Shown here one piece after another: positions 23,908 to 36,987 of a stretch of DNA of 64,000 nt. The DNA is from Amoebophrya sp. A120 (taxonomy: Eukaryota > Protista > Dinoflagellata), in NCBI GenBank assembly GCA_905178155.1, contig CAJINV010000016.1, positions 1,145,386-1,209,385 on the forward strand, written 5' to 3'. The notes beneath the pieces were generated by a model that was given only the letters and a program-made list of their open reading frames with translations, searched no databases and was not told the origin of the DNA. The stretch's first letter is position 1. Each line of letters begins with the position of its first letter. The position numbers and the translations under genes are program-made.

Positions 23908-24658
23908 GAGGTGCAACCCTGAAGCTACAGCGCCCTCCCTAGCTTCACTCCAGAACTAAAAAGAATTCCACTTCTATTTTCACCCTGTATTGGCACCGGG
24001 TAGCATCATCATCTCGTCCATCGTCGGTACAGAGCATCATTTTTGTCATTGTGATAATCACAAATGCTGGAACAAACTCAGAGAGTACGACTTGATAGAA
24101 GAAGATTTCTCAAAGAACTCGACGAGATACCCAACATTTTTTTAACGCCCTGACTCACCCTGTTGAGTTATCCTTGTCGCAGCAGCTTCATGGTTCGCCA
24201 TTCATGTGTTCGCGTTTGAGTTATAATTTCGTCGAGCGTCGGCATTATGTTCATCGGTTGTGTTTGTTTGATGTTTATCCCCTTTGTGGCCGGACGAAAC
24301 TTTTTGTTTTTCTTTTTTTGTGTTTTTCTTTCATTCATCAGCAATCTACCAGACCTAGCCGCAAGAACGCGAGGACGAGCGTGACTTGGTTTTCTTTCCT
24401 CCGCATTCGGCATCGGTGTGAGTTTCCATTTACGTCCTCATTCAGATTCCCTTTATTCTTGTTTTTGACAGGTGAAGATTTGGTGTCGGTTCAGTGCTCA
24501 ACATCACACGCTTTTGCACGCTCCTACTGAGGCATTACGATCTTGGAAGAAGTTTAAGTTACAATTTCACCTCGTATTAGGGTACCTGGTGTCGTCGAAA
24601 TACAGCATTTAAATCTATCCGCACGCACGACCACGACACGAGCGCGAAATCAAAATAA

Positions 24659-26647
24659 ATGGCCGACCAGCCCAAGAACGAAACTCCGCCGACATCGGCC
24701 TCTGACGCGGCGGCCACTCCTGTTTCCAGAACAGATTCTGAAAAAGCAGCACCGACTCTACTCGAGGCCTCACAGAAAGTACCTGCGGGAGCGACTACAG
24801 GGGCCGCTGCGCAAGGAGGCGATGACGTCGGGAAGACAAGTAGTGTGTCAGGTAATAATATTTCCGGACCTCTATGATTTGAAAGTTGTGAGTGCATCTT
24901 GCTGCAGTCCTGGTTGTTGCGGTGCTGACGTAGTTATAACTTCACACTCACGTTGACGTTCACCTTCTTGAGGTTCACGTTCACGTTCACCTTGACGGTT
25001 CCGTATCAATGGATTGATGCGCAAAATAAAATTACTAGCTGCAGCTTGCATTGTTCTTGACCCTCAACCTAGTCAAACTCAATCTTAATCCACTCCAACT
25101 GCAGGGAAGCAAGAGTCCAGCAGTGCCTCCGCCGCGGTAACCAAATCCCAAGAATCGGAGCAGGGCGGAGCTACTGCAGATGAAAGGCAGGAGCCGGAAA
25201 CCGCCGATAGTACCGCACCGAAAAAAGTGACGGTTGTTCTTGTCGCAGACAGCTCTGCAGAAGTAGGCGGTGAACAACCGACAGCGGCTGAAGGAGACGG
25301 CGATACAGAAGTAGGTGTTGAAAACACGACGACACCATCAGGAGCAAAAGACCAGGAGAACGGGGACGAAGGTCAAGATGAAGAAACCCAGGAATCATTC
25401 GCCCTCAGGACGAAATCCTCGTACGAAAGGGAGCTTCTCGGCGACAAGTCCCTGGTACGCTACGATGTGATATGCATTGCAAACGTTGAAGTATCGTGCA
25501 GCTCGTCGTGAAAGTCACTGCAATTTGGCATGACAGATCTACTTTCTACTTGACTCAATTTGCATGAGAATAAATTTGGTTTTTTTCATCTGAAAAAATT
25601 CCCACTTTTTACCACGATGCTACTTTGCAATGCATACGTGAGCAACACCTACGACTTCGCCCCGTTCGAGATCGCGGACTTTGCCCGGGGGTACCACTTA
25701 GTCGATGTTCTTGGGGACGAAATTCTGGGGGAGCGGGGCATCATTAGAGTGCTGGAGATCATTGGGCAACAGGGTACTATAAAGTTTTGTTGTTGTTGTA
25801 AATCTCCATGCATGACGATGTTGGTCCATGACAAAATCGAATCGTGTTTCACGTCATGCAAATGACAAACTTGTGTGAGAAGATTTTTATCAAAAGAACC
25901 AAAACAGCCGAATCCGAGTTCGTTTTCCAGACGGCACTGAACAAGACCGACCCAGAGGGCAAGGGTATTTGGAACTTCCAGAGCTTCGTCGACATTATGG
26001 CGCTTTTCCGGAAACCGCCGTTGACGGAAACGGATCTGCGGGAAACGTTCGATCTGATGGACCGGGATAAGGGCGGAACCATCTCCGCGGGAGAATTAAG
26101 AACCATGATGACGTGTGTCGGGGAATCGCTGACCACGGAGGAATATCAAATGCAAAAATATCTGGGTCTGGAAGAATGCAAGTTTGTCATGCTTGTTTGG
26201 CATGACTCGAGAATCTGTGTTGTTCGGGCACGAAAAGGCCCTCTTCCCTGTCATGCCAAAACGCATTTTGCCATGCGGAATAAGTAAGACATGGCAGCCA
26301 AAAAATTTGTCATGAATAGCTGCGTATTGTAGTGCGTCTATCATTCACTTTTAGCATTACAAGTTTCCAGACCCAGACATATTTGCAATCCATAAGGAAG
26401 CGGAAGACATGGTGGCCTTGGCGGATGCGGACTGCATATCCCGTGCAAAAGTATCGTACTCGTAGTAATTGCAAATATGCATGACAAATCTTCTTCCCGA
26501 GCTAAAACAGCATTACAAATTTTCTTTCTCATGCTAAGCAAATTTGTCATGCGATTTATACTAGTACGATGCTTTTGCATTGCATACTGCAGTGGGGAAA
26601 TCGATTTCCAGGAATTCCGGTCCTTTGTCCTCTCGGGGGCGGTGTGA
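24659..26647 (+). CDS. Calmodulin/centrin-like EF-hand protein with a long acidic N-terminal extension; GT-AG introns 24852-25104 and 25774-25907; three introners
   Basis: Spliced product contains LRETFDLMDRDKGGTISAGELRTMMTCVGESLTTEE|AEDMVALADADC|SGEIDFQEF, i.e. two canonical C-terminal EF-hands. Confidence 0.88.
25471..25636. mobile_element. TAT...ATA introner, family B-like (diverged)
   Basis: TATGCATTGCAAA...TTTGCAATGCATA; TSD TGTGA/CGTGA. Confidence 0.85.
26144..26394. mobile_element. TAT...ATA introner, family A
   Basis: Family A TIRs; TSD AGGAA. Confidence 0.92.
26437..26586. mobile_element. TAT...ATA introner, family B; splits an EF-hand loop
   Basis: Family B TIRs; TSD CTGCA. Confidence 0.92.
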
Positions 26648-27843
26648 GGAAGTGGACAATGGTCGTTGATGGGGAAGCGACTTGATTTCGAAATTTTGCG
26701 ATTCAGATTCTTGCGTGTAGTACTAGCTTAAGTGGACTACTTTATTTGTGATCTTCTGCTACAGTGAACCAATCGCTGAGAGACAGAAAGTGTAAGATTG
26801 ATTCAGAGGTGCCGGGTCGTGCACGATGTCATTTATATCGAAAATTAATGACCACATTTTTGAGTTTGTTGAGTGAGTGAGCCGTGAGAGAAGGAGTGAC
26901 CACCGACCTCCAGACTAGTCAACTACAGTAGAGGACAGAAGTTGATTACACAAGATAGTTTTCAATGATTTAGATTTTGCATTGTCACAGAATTGAACAT
27001 CATGACGCAGTAAAACATTATCCTGTACAATTACATTTGGAAATCATGGAGTTGTGAGCGAATGCCAAGAACATGTAGTAGAATACAACCACAACGACTA
27101 CATATTGAGAAGAATGCGAATGGAGAAGTGGCAATCGCAATGGTCCGCTCTGCCTAGTTCCCAGTTGGCTTAGTACCTGGTACTCGGTAGCCACGTCCGT
27201 GTTGCAGTTGTTCTGGTCTCGCAAAGTCTTTATGGCTGATAGATGTGTTTTGCTGCGTCGTTTCCTCTGACTGTTTTGATTGACACTAATGTTTTGAGTT
27301 TGCATTTATTTCTTTTACAAAGTTCTTCTTGGTCCAGGCACCCTCACTTAATTTACCCACGGCCACGCCATTTTTTCTCCGACTGACGATCCCACATTTT
27401 TTTTTCTCTATTCTTTTTCTTGCAGGTTGCATTCATAATTTTTCGTCGCTCACTTCTTTGTTTTTCTGCAATCTAAACTACCTCGCAGCTTTCTGTTGAC
27501 CAACGTAACTGCATAGATACCCTAGTTTGACCTTGACGATCCTGCTGTGATGGAGAGTAGATCCCTAGGTTGACGCTCCAGCTTTTGTTCTTTTCAAGAA
27601 CAAATTAAAATTCACAAAACGGTTGAAACAAGGAGGATCCGGAAGATCCCGCCGGCTTCATACGACAGTAAGTAGCGACGCGACAACGCTTAAGTAATCA
27701 AAGAGACACTGGTGGTGCTGCCACCGAAATAAAGTCTACTTACTGTGACTTGTCTTGCTTCCAGCAGAAATCAGCAGGAGTAGCGTTTCCTGTTTTATTT
27801 CTTTTTCCTTGCCGTTGTACTTCCAAAAACCTCTCGTTGCACC

Positions 27844-30800
27844 ATGGCAACACCTACTTGTTCCGGAATGGGGACGGTGCTGTCCTTTGACAGCAGTTCT
27901 TGCGCCCCGACTGGCTCAACGTCGCAGAGCTCGAGGTCGTCAGCTGCAGAACGGACTGCAACTGCTTCGAGTCGCCCTTCGAGGAGGACGAAAAATAGAC
28001 AAGCAGCAACCACGACCTGTCTCCTCGCCGTTTCCGCTTTGCACATCAACTCCAGCGTTCTATCATGTTCATGCTCCGCCCAAGACATGTTCGGCGCCTC
28101 AGGGGAACTCGCGGGAGCCCCGGCCGCGATTATTCCTCCGCTCGACGTGCTTCGCGCCACGGATAAAGGGTTTCAATACCGCGAAATTGAGTCCCACATG
28201 ATAGGCAAAGCCACACCACTAGACCCGGACGCCTGTCACGCCAAATGTGAGGAACTGGAGGAGTGCGTCGCGTGGGAGGTGTGCGCCCCGCTTGGGAACG
28301 GGTGCGACGGGTGCTACCACGTGAGGATGCGGCCGGAAATTGTGGATCACCCTGGGTGGACCATGGGCTTTGTGAAGGAACGAGCGGAAAAGCTGCCGAT
28401 TGGACCGCCACCAGTGGTCAGACCGGACAGTGCGAAGGGCTGCAAGGAGTTCATTTTGAAGGTATAGAGATCGTGGAGACGAGTAGTTGCACATGATGCA
28501 ACCACCTGCTCTGTCGAAATTGATTCCTCATCGTGTCGCCCATGGATGGCCATGCTCATCGTCATGAATGACAGCATTACCATTACATCGCGTTCTCGCT
28601 GTATATCTCTTCTGGACCTACTAGACAAAACATTTTTTTTCTCGTTTCAGGCCAATGGGGGCGATCCGAACAGCGAATTTCACAAACCGGCAAATATGGA
28701 CATTTACAACTGGTGCGGAGAGCAGCTTTTGACCGGCAAACTCGCTGCAGAACCACATCCGAAGGTATAGGGTATGTCAAGCATACAGTGACTGCATCTT
28801 TTGAGGTGCGAAGGATGGATTTGGATTTCCAACCTCCTTACATATCCTTTCTCAAGCCAAAGCCAAAGCTCGGAACTCCATCAGGAAAAAAAGAATCTTC
28901 CAAATCACTGTATTAAAACTCGCAGGACATCGACGTTCTCGGACAGCACTACCCAGTGTCGCTGATCACCAACTTCCGCGACCCGATCCCGCAGATCCCG
29001 GAGGACGTCGAGAGGGAGCTGCGTGGCGGCGAGGCGACCCCCGAGTCCGCGTACTACAACCCAAACGGGCCGGGCACGGTAACGGGCGAGCTACACGCGT
29101 CGGTCGGGACGTACGTTTTGCCCCGGGCGCGGAATCACGCCTTCATTCTCCCGTTCTACGACACGAACATCGGGTATGGATGTGTCAGGTTTGAAATCGT
29201 CAGAGTTGAAATAGTTTGTCATGCATAAAATGGATGAAATTTGTAACCCAGTTTCCAAGTGGCGCATGACAAATTTTGGCGGTGCCTGAACCGAGTTTGT
29301 AATGCTGTTTGGGTAAGGAAGACGCCTTTCTTCATGCTACTTTAGCAGCTCTATTGCTACCCCTCAACAGGCTTGCAATCTGCCTCCCTTGCCTACTCTG
29401 CAAGACAGGCACTCTGTGGGTTGCATTTTATGCATCACAATTTATTTCAACTTTGACGATTTCAACCCTGACGCTTCCATATCGGGCACTGGATCAAGGA
29501 GTTCGGGTCCATGAACGTGCTGCAGTCGTATGATATCCCACGAAAAAAGTGTTACAGTTCCACCTTTGTAGTGAATTCAGCAACGCAAATATCTCTGCAT
29601 GAGCGAGAAAAACTTGTAATGCAGAAATCCTACGGGAAAACACCTATGAAACGAGGCTCCTATGCATATCCGGCATGACAGAGCTTGTCATTGTCTGTCT
29701 TGCGTGGCCTGCAGCACAATGTGTAACTGTAACGCCTTTTTCTTGCGATATATGAAATGCAGAGTCTACTGCGACCCGGCGACGTGGTGGTGGACGTCGG
29801 CGCGAATCTGGGGAGTTACACGATCTATGCAATGCAAAAGCATCGTACTAAGTAGTATAAATTGCAATACAAATTGGCTCAGGATTACATATTAAATTTG
29901 TAATGCGGATTCGCCTTAAGAAAGAGATTTGTAATGCATAGACGCAATTTTTAGTACGAGTGCGATACTTTTGCAATGCATACGATCCCGTTTGCGGAGA
30001 GGGTACTACTGTAACTGGTGTCGCACATCACTTGAGCTCTTTCTATCGCCTCAACATCTGGAAGAATGAATTGCAGCTTCACCGCAGATTGTCATTGTTC
30101 ATCATCATCGTGAAGGAGTAGATCCTGTATATGCGTCACCACGTTTTTGATAGAAATAGAATCGATGTCAAAGGAGCATCAACGCGAGGACAATGTAGTT
30201 CTTGTAGTTGCTCTATCATTGCATTTTTTTTTTTTCATCAGGTCGGCCGCCAGGGCAAGGTGCTCGCCTTCGAACCGTTCCGTATGAACTGCAAAAGTAT
30301 CGTCCTCGTATAAATGCATTACAAATTTCCTCAGCATGAGAAATATAATTTGTAATGCGGATTCACCTTAACAAAAGGATTTGTAATGCATGACTGCAAT
30401 ACGAGTGCGATACTTTTGCACAGGATATTCCGCTGGATCCACCAACTCCTGACCGCCAACGTAGCATTGAACGGGCTTTTATGCATTGCAAATTATGTCC
30501 CTGCATGTCTGGAAGGATGCAACTTGTGATGCTGCATTTGGATTCTACAAAAATCTGTATTGCATGAACAGCAAAAGAGGTCCAGTCTTTGCCACGGCGA
30601 GCGGGTAATATTTCTCATGCGGTATGGGCAACATCGGGAAGCCCCCCTCGCGACATCTGTGACGCTAGGGCATGCATCACAGACATCAGGAGTCATGCAA
30701 AATGTGCATGGCAAACCTTTGTTTCCTTCCAGACCCGCCAGACACATTTGCATTTGATAGCTTTCCAACGTTTACACGTACAACATGGGTCTCGGCGAGG

Positions 30801-32753
30801 CCATATCCTGTGCAAAAGTATCGTACTTGTAGTAATTATCGCAATCATGCATTACAAATCTCCCTCCTAACCTAAATCCGCATTACAAATTCCATTTTTC
30901 ATGCTGTTGAGGGAATTTGTCATGCGATTACTATATATTATATTCATGCGAAAAAAGAGGTAGACAGAGGGTAAACAAGAGGTGGCCGAGAGGTCAAAAA
31001 GAGGTCAAAAGAGGTAAAAAAGAGGTCGACAGAGGTGGAGAGGTGGCGCGGGACCCCATTCGAGAGGGTCGGCGAGAGGGTGCGCGAGTATAGCCCGCCG
31101 AAGCGCTCACCCTAAAGTGCCGCCTAAGTGCCTGAGAGGGTGCAGAGAGGTCAAAAAGAGGGGGCGCGAGAGGTCGACAGAGGTGGAGAGAGGTGACGCG
31201 AATAAGGGGCGACCTCTCGCGGACCCTCTTGGCCACCTCTCGGCCACCTCTGTCGACCTCTACCCATGAGTATAGCCGGATTATTAGCGGGGACCCCCAA
31301 AAGAGGTCAAAAAGAGGGTCTGCGGGAGGTCTGCGAGAGGGTAAAAGCACACCCAAGCGGGCGCGAATCCCCATGGCGCTCCCCATATTTGGCATTGCAG
31401 GCCATTCGCGGACTTGTTTTGTTCGGCGCCTTTCCGCGCCACCCTCTCGCGCACCCTCTCGCGCCAGCCTCTCGCGCACCCTCTCGCGCCACCCTCTCGC
31501 GCAACCCTCTCGCGCCACCCTCCCGCGCCACCCTCTCGCGCTACCCACCCTCTCGCGCTACCCTCTCGCGCCGGGCGGCTTCTGTTCGCCCCCGGTGTTC
31601 TTTGCAGCTGCTCCCTGCGCAGAGCGCCCACAGGCGCGGGAAGCGCGCAAGTGGTCCTGTGGGTTGGCGCGGCGCAAGCTCCAGTGTGTTTCGTTGTGCA
31701 GGACTCCAGTATCTTTCGCTGTGCACAGGCGCGTGGCGTTGTGGTCCGATCGGCAAACTGTCTTGCCCCGGCCCAACAGCCTTGCGCTCCGGCGGCAGGC
31801 CAGCCGGAGCATGGCTGGTTTATACTAGTGCGATGCTTTTGCATTTCATAGGCCATGGGAAGCTTCGAATCGCGGCCCCCGCAGTTACGGTTTTTCAGCT
31901 CGCCCGGAGGGGTGAAGCTCAAGGAGCAAGACGCGAACATGAAACAGGATATGCATTGCAAATATGTCTGGGTCTGGAAGGGTGCAACTTGTGATGCTGT
32001 TTATGGATTCCAAAAACATCTGTATTGCAGGACCAGCAAGTAGAGGAGTCCAGTTTGTGCTACGCGGGGAGGGCATTTGTTATGCGGAATAGGCATCAGG
32101 AAACCCTCTCAAAATCTGTGACACTAGCTCATGCATTACAGGCATCGTGGGCCATCGCCATGCAAAATATGCATGACAAACTATGCTCTCTTCCAGACCC
32201 AGACACATTTGCAAGTGATACAGGAGCAAGCGATGCAACTCTACGACTACGAAATGGAACCGGAAACGGTGATGCAAGCGTCTCTGGATGAGCTGCTCAG
32301 CCAGAAGAGCATCCGAATGCCCGACGTGCAAAATTTGAGGTGATAAAAAATATAAAAAAACTACTCCTTTTCTTCGTCATAATGCGAAATTTGCAGGAGT
32401 AGAAGGAACTAGCTCAAGCTGTGCACTGTGCCTGGGTCGACGCTAGGTTCATGTCGTTATATCGATTTTTTTAACCCACACAGCAACTGCCTGATGATGC
32501 AAAAAGATTAAACTACAGGCTCATCAAGATTGACGTCGAGGGGATGGAAAACCAAGTGATTATGGGCGCGCAGAGAGCCATCATGCACTTCAAGCCCATC
32601 ATTTGGACGGAGAATGTGTCCTACTTCGAGTCCAATGACACGGGCCTACTGGCGATCATGGACCAGCTGAATTACGCCTGCGGGAAGGCACAAAACGCAC
32701 CCAACGACTTGATTTGCACGGACAAGAGCGGACAGGGCAATCAGATCATGTGA
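27844..32753 (+). CDS. FkbM-family SAM-dependent methyltransferase with an N-terminal Cys-rich (PAN/apple-like) segment; four GT-AG introns (28462-28650, 28765-28925, 30003-30241, 32340-32518) and seven introners
   Basis: Spliced product: ...LLRPGDVVVDVGANLGSYTIPFAERVGRQGKVLAFEPFRWIHQLLTANVALNGLSNVYTYNMGLGEA...RLIKIDVEGMENQVIMGA..., matching FkbM motifs D(V/I)GAN(L/I)G, AFEP and KIDVEG. Confidence 0.92.
29175..29481. mobile_element. TAT...ATA introner, family C
   Basis: Family C TIRs; TSD TCGGG. Confidence 0.9.
29534..29750. mobile_element. TAT...ATA introner, family G-like
   Basis: TATCCCACGAAAAAAGTGTTACAGTT...AACTGTAACGCCTTTTTCTTGCGATA; TSD TATGA. Confidence 0.88.
29826..29982. mobile_element. 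TAT...ATA introner, family B
   Basis: Family B TIRs; TSD CGATC. Confidence 0.92.
30283..30427. mobile_element. TAT...ATA introner, family B
   Basis: Family B TIRs; TSD TTCCG. Confidence 0.92.
30480..30759. mobile_element. TAT...ATA introner, family A (diverged TIRs)
   Basis: TATGCATTGCAAAT...TCTGGAAGG / CCTTCCAGACC...ATTTGCATTTGATA; TSD GCTTT. Confidence 0.88.
30804..31850. mobile_element. Family B introner carrying a nested Helitron-like element
   Basis: Family B TIRs; TSD GGCCA; frame restored GLGEA|MGSF. Confidence 0.88.
30928..31818 (+). mobile_element. Non-autonomous Helitron-like element (891 bp)
   Basis: Inserted between A and T of the family B consensus GCGA|TTTATAC with no TSD. 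5' end TTACTATATA. 3' GC hairpin GCTCCGGC-9nt-GCCGGAGC (31786-31810) followed by terminal CTGG (CTRR). Internal AGAGG and CCCTCTCGCG arrays. Confidence 0.75.
31950..32220. mobile_element. TAT...ATA introner, family A
   Basis: Family A TIRs; TSD CAGGA. Confidence 0.92.
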
Positions 32754-35700
32754 CGGAGTCGTCGTGTCGACACCACCTACGTTCCGAATTATGATCTTCT
32801 ATCTTCGAGCACTATAATTAAAGATTTTTTGTAGCATCCAAAAGCGCGTTGGAAGGTTGTACCTCCTGCGAGGACATCGAATGAATCTTTTTGTGTAGCT
32901 AATTTGCATGCAGTAGTTTTCGTCTCTTTTACATTGGCACACGAAGATAGACTTTCATCCGAGTCAGTGGTCGCATCAGTGCCGCGCGTAGTAGTTCTTT
33001 TGTTCGATCATGTAGATGTAGTACTAAAAACGTAGTTCTTGGATATTTTATCAATGACAATGAACACCAGCAGCACCGCACGTCGTGCTAAATCAGTATC
33101 ACAACTACAACGGAGCTCCTATTTGATGTCCTCGACAAGGACAAGAACAAAGAGAAATCGAAATACGACAAAGCTTCTCTACCGACGAAAAAGGAAAGTG
33201 TGATGAATGAACCGCGAAATAATCAACAAAGCGACAATTAATTTTAACTCGCTCAGATTTTTCGTCCAGCGAGTGTCTTTCTTCTACTTGAAATTGCCGT
33301 CTCTGCGGTCACCAGGAACTTCACGGCCTGTCCTCAAAATGAGTTCTCTTGTTCCAATCACGGTTGATCTCTTCTCAGTATGTATGACGAAGACGACACG
33401 CATAGTTCTTGTACGCATTTCAATTTTTCGTTCCGAAGTTCTTGGACGACTACACGCATCATGTGGAGAAATATGCTCATCTTGATATTACCCCTGTGTA
33501 TGATGTTAGTTTGGCTCTGTTTCTGTTCGATCTGACGTCGAGAAGCAACTTCTAGTGGTCCGCAGCTCTTTATTTCTCCTGGCATGTATTTCATCTGGCG
33601 GACAGAATGATAGAGTTATGTCTCGACCGTGACCCATTTTATTATTATTGTCTCCGATCGTGTTCTCCTTCTCTTTTTGTTTTTTCACCGAGCAAGATGA
33701 CCGGTTTCTGATGATCCGCACAAAGAACAACTCTAGTAAGAACTAGAAAAATATTAGGTCCCCGTCGCCGTCCTGCCTGGTAGATCCCAAAGAACTTGTA
33801 GACGTGCACTTGCGGGCTAGCTGGATCTACTCCTACGTTAGAAATCGTGATCGCGTGATCTACATACCGCCGCGCTCGATAAACAAGAAGAAGGCTCTAA
33901 TATATGTACGGAACTGGAATCTAGAATATAGATGAGGTGGTTTTATATAGCAGGCAAACTAGAACAAGCACAAGCAGCAGCGTGATCTGAAAAACGTTGA
34001 GATCCGTTGCGATTGATTTAGACGATAGATACACGACTACATCTACAACCACATCATCCGTGTCGCCGCTGTAATGTAGTTCCTTCGCGGTCCCTAAAAT
34101 TTTGCAGGAAAGGTTGTGCCGCAAGAAGCTTTCCTCGCAACAAGCACCCATGCCCAGTTTCCATATTCATTTTTTTTTCCTCCAGGTTTTCCAGATTTGA
34201 GGGAGTGTACTACTTTACTCAGTTGGAATCGATTCTGTTTACGATTTTCGTATTTTCAATCACAAACCGAAAAGACTTGAGCCTGTCGTAAAAATTTCTA
34301 CATCTAAAATAAATTTCTGGAGGCTCGTACCACATCACACGATTTCGACTTATAATCACACGTCCCAGCACCGCATTATTTCGTTTTCGATCAGACCTTG
34401 ACCTTCCTCATCCTCATCGAGAGGTTGGTGGACATTCTCTCCTCTTGTACCCATGTTGATATAATCCGATTGTCTGTGTTGATATACAGTAGTTACTTGT
34501 ATCACACAAAGAACCAAAGAAATAAGCACTCGGCCATCGTAAGCGTTGTAAAAATACTCTTGATATTCTTCATGATTATTTTTAGTACCGTTTATTCCAA
34601 GCTATTAAGAGTTGCGACTCATTCTATTCATCTGTTGGGTGTGGTCATAAATACGCTGTAATTTTGACGCACCAAGCCTTCGTCTCTTGTTTTTGAAAAC
34701 TTCCAATACGCGGAACGAGTCATGCCAACATATCGATACGAAAATAAGGCACAATCAGTCTTCATGATCTTGCTTTAAGTTTAATTTTAGTTGGTCCACG
34801 CTAATATTTAGGACGAGATTCAGTTTGATGCTGTATTAGTTTTAGAGAGGCGTAGAAGTTGTTGATGTAAAAAGCGAGGATATTCTTTGTAGTTGCCACC
34901 CATACGTTGTTTTTTCTTTTCGAGCTTCATGCTCAATAGGCGCTTTCTAAAAAGTAAAGACTCTTGTGTGACACTAGAAATAGTATTAACTTGTACTAGA
35001 GAGGCGTGAATAGTACTAGAAAAATTTTTGAGGTTTTTACTACACGATCGATATTGTTGTGAAACCTTCCATCGCTCGCCCTTCTTCATACCCACCATGG
35101 TCCGGGCACATTAAGCAAGAGATAAAGAACTACCTGAAAGAAAACATTCCTCGTGGATAGAAATAAGTCCAATTTATTTCGACTAAAAAATCTATTTAGG
35201 CACTGAAGAGAAAAGCAAGTCAGTACAGATACATACTTTTCCTCTTTAAAATTATAAAGATATATTTACACACGCACTAAATTCGTTGGGAAGAATTTCT
35301 TGGCTCTTTTCCCGGGCGGTATAATCATAATTTGTGCAGTTGCAGGCACAGGGTGTTGCTATACGTTTTTTGTCTGCTACTTGTTCTTAATCATAATCCC
35401 TTTCGGCGTAGACAAAATACTGTAAATAGTCTACCAGCTCGTGGTCCTGCAGGAGCGTCTAGCAATTTCACTCGCTCACTTAGGCTTATCGCTTCATATT
35501 AAACGTAAACATATCTAAGTGTGTACAAAGCAAGACGCCACGGTGTGGCGCATGTGCGTTTTTATCCAGCATATCTCAAGCTTTGGTTTGCGGTGCAAAT
35601 AAATTGAAACTTTCAAGCTCGCGCTAAAGAAAACCAAGACTACGCATCTCTCACAACTGATAGATTTCCACCGGTTGTACCAGCTGCCTGTATTAGATAG

Positions 35701-36107
35701 AAGTTTGTAGTCTTTGGATTTGGACAAATAAATAAAACGAAGAGAGTTCTTGCCAACCGACCCCGCTGATCTCTTCCACCTCTCGTCCTATAGCCTGCAG
35801 TACAACTCCCCCAGACGACTGGTTTTTGGAACAACTACTACGACGAACGAACAACCTGACGGGCGGACGAGCCATTCATTATAATCTAAATCTCTGTCTT
35901 CTTCGACAACATCTTTTAACGGGCGCGACGGAATAAAATCACCAACGGACCGGCTTTTACGAAGAAGAAAATAAAACTGATTGAACAAGTTCTTTGGCAG
36001 CGAGCTGTAATAGTATCGAGGACGCCGAAAAATAGAGAAATAGCTGCTCTTCATGCACATCTGTGGCGGCGAAGCGGATTCTTGATGAATACGAGCAGCG
36101 TTGCTTT

Positions 36108-36415
36108 TATGGAAGCGTCAGGTTTGAAATCGACAGAGTTGAAATGATTTGCCATGCATAAAATGCAAGGCGCTTAGTGCTTGTCTTGCCGAGATGGCAA
36201 GCGAGGCCGATTGTGAGCCTGTTTAGGGATTGAAATAGAGCTGCTAAAGTAGCATGACAAAAGCAGTCTTCTGTGCCCAAACAGCATGGCAAATCGGATT
36301 CCGGTGCCCGGAAAATTTGTCATGCGCCGCTTGATAAGTAGGCTTCCGACTGGTATCGCTTTTATGCATGACAAACTATTTCAGCTTTGACGATTTCAAT
36401 CCTGACACGCCCATA
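36108..36415. mobile_element. TAT...ATA element, family C, outside any detected CDS (intergenic or 5' UTR)
   Basis: Family C TIRs; TSD GCTTT/GTTTT. Confidence 0.88.
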
Positions 36416-36987
36416 GTTTTTCTTTATTCGGGGACGGTGGACTACTTATTTGTAATTCCAATTGCGCCTTCAGCTAGTACGGAGGTACCGAAGCGAGGAA
36501 TTATACACGTAGTTACACTTAATACATCTTCTGGGCTTCGACACAACGATTTTTATTGCCTGGAACTTTCAAGAAGTCAACAAACTCCTGTTAATACGAC
36601 GACCCGCCGGGCTTCTACTTCTTCACGACGACATTGTCGAGGACACCTGCAGCACGCGCGGCGCCAGTTGTAAAGCTAAAACCGCGGAAGAACAAGAAGA
36701 TATCACTTTTACCAAGAAATAAAAAATATTGATTTTATCCCCACGAGACCTTTTGCTTTCTTCTCCGATCTTCAGATCTACTCAGAAAGAAGTAGAGCGT
36801 GAAGCACATATATCATAAGCACCAAAGAACTGGAGGACACCAAAACGGAGCACGAGCTGAAGCACAAGAAAGACAAAAACCCTGCGAAGATTTATTTTTT
36901 ATCCTCGCTCCTGCGTTTAGAAGTAAAAGTAAAAATTGGTGCCAATCTTCAAGAAAACCATCAACACGATCTGCATCTTCTAGAAAG

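Noticed and set aside
32800-36900. Short ORFs in the AT-rich interval
   Set aside because: No motifs, no consistent exon chain, and composition like intergenic or UTR DNA.
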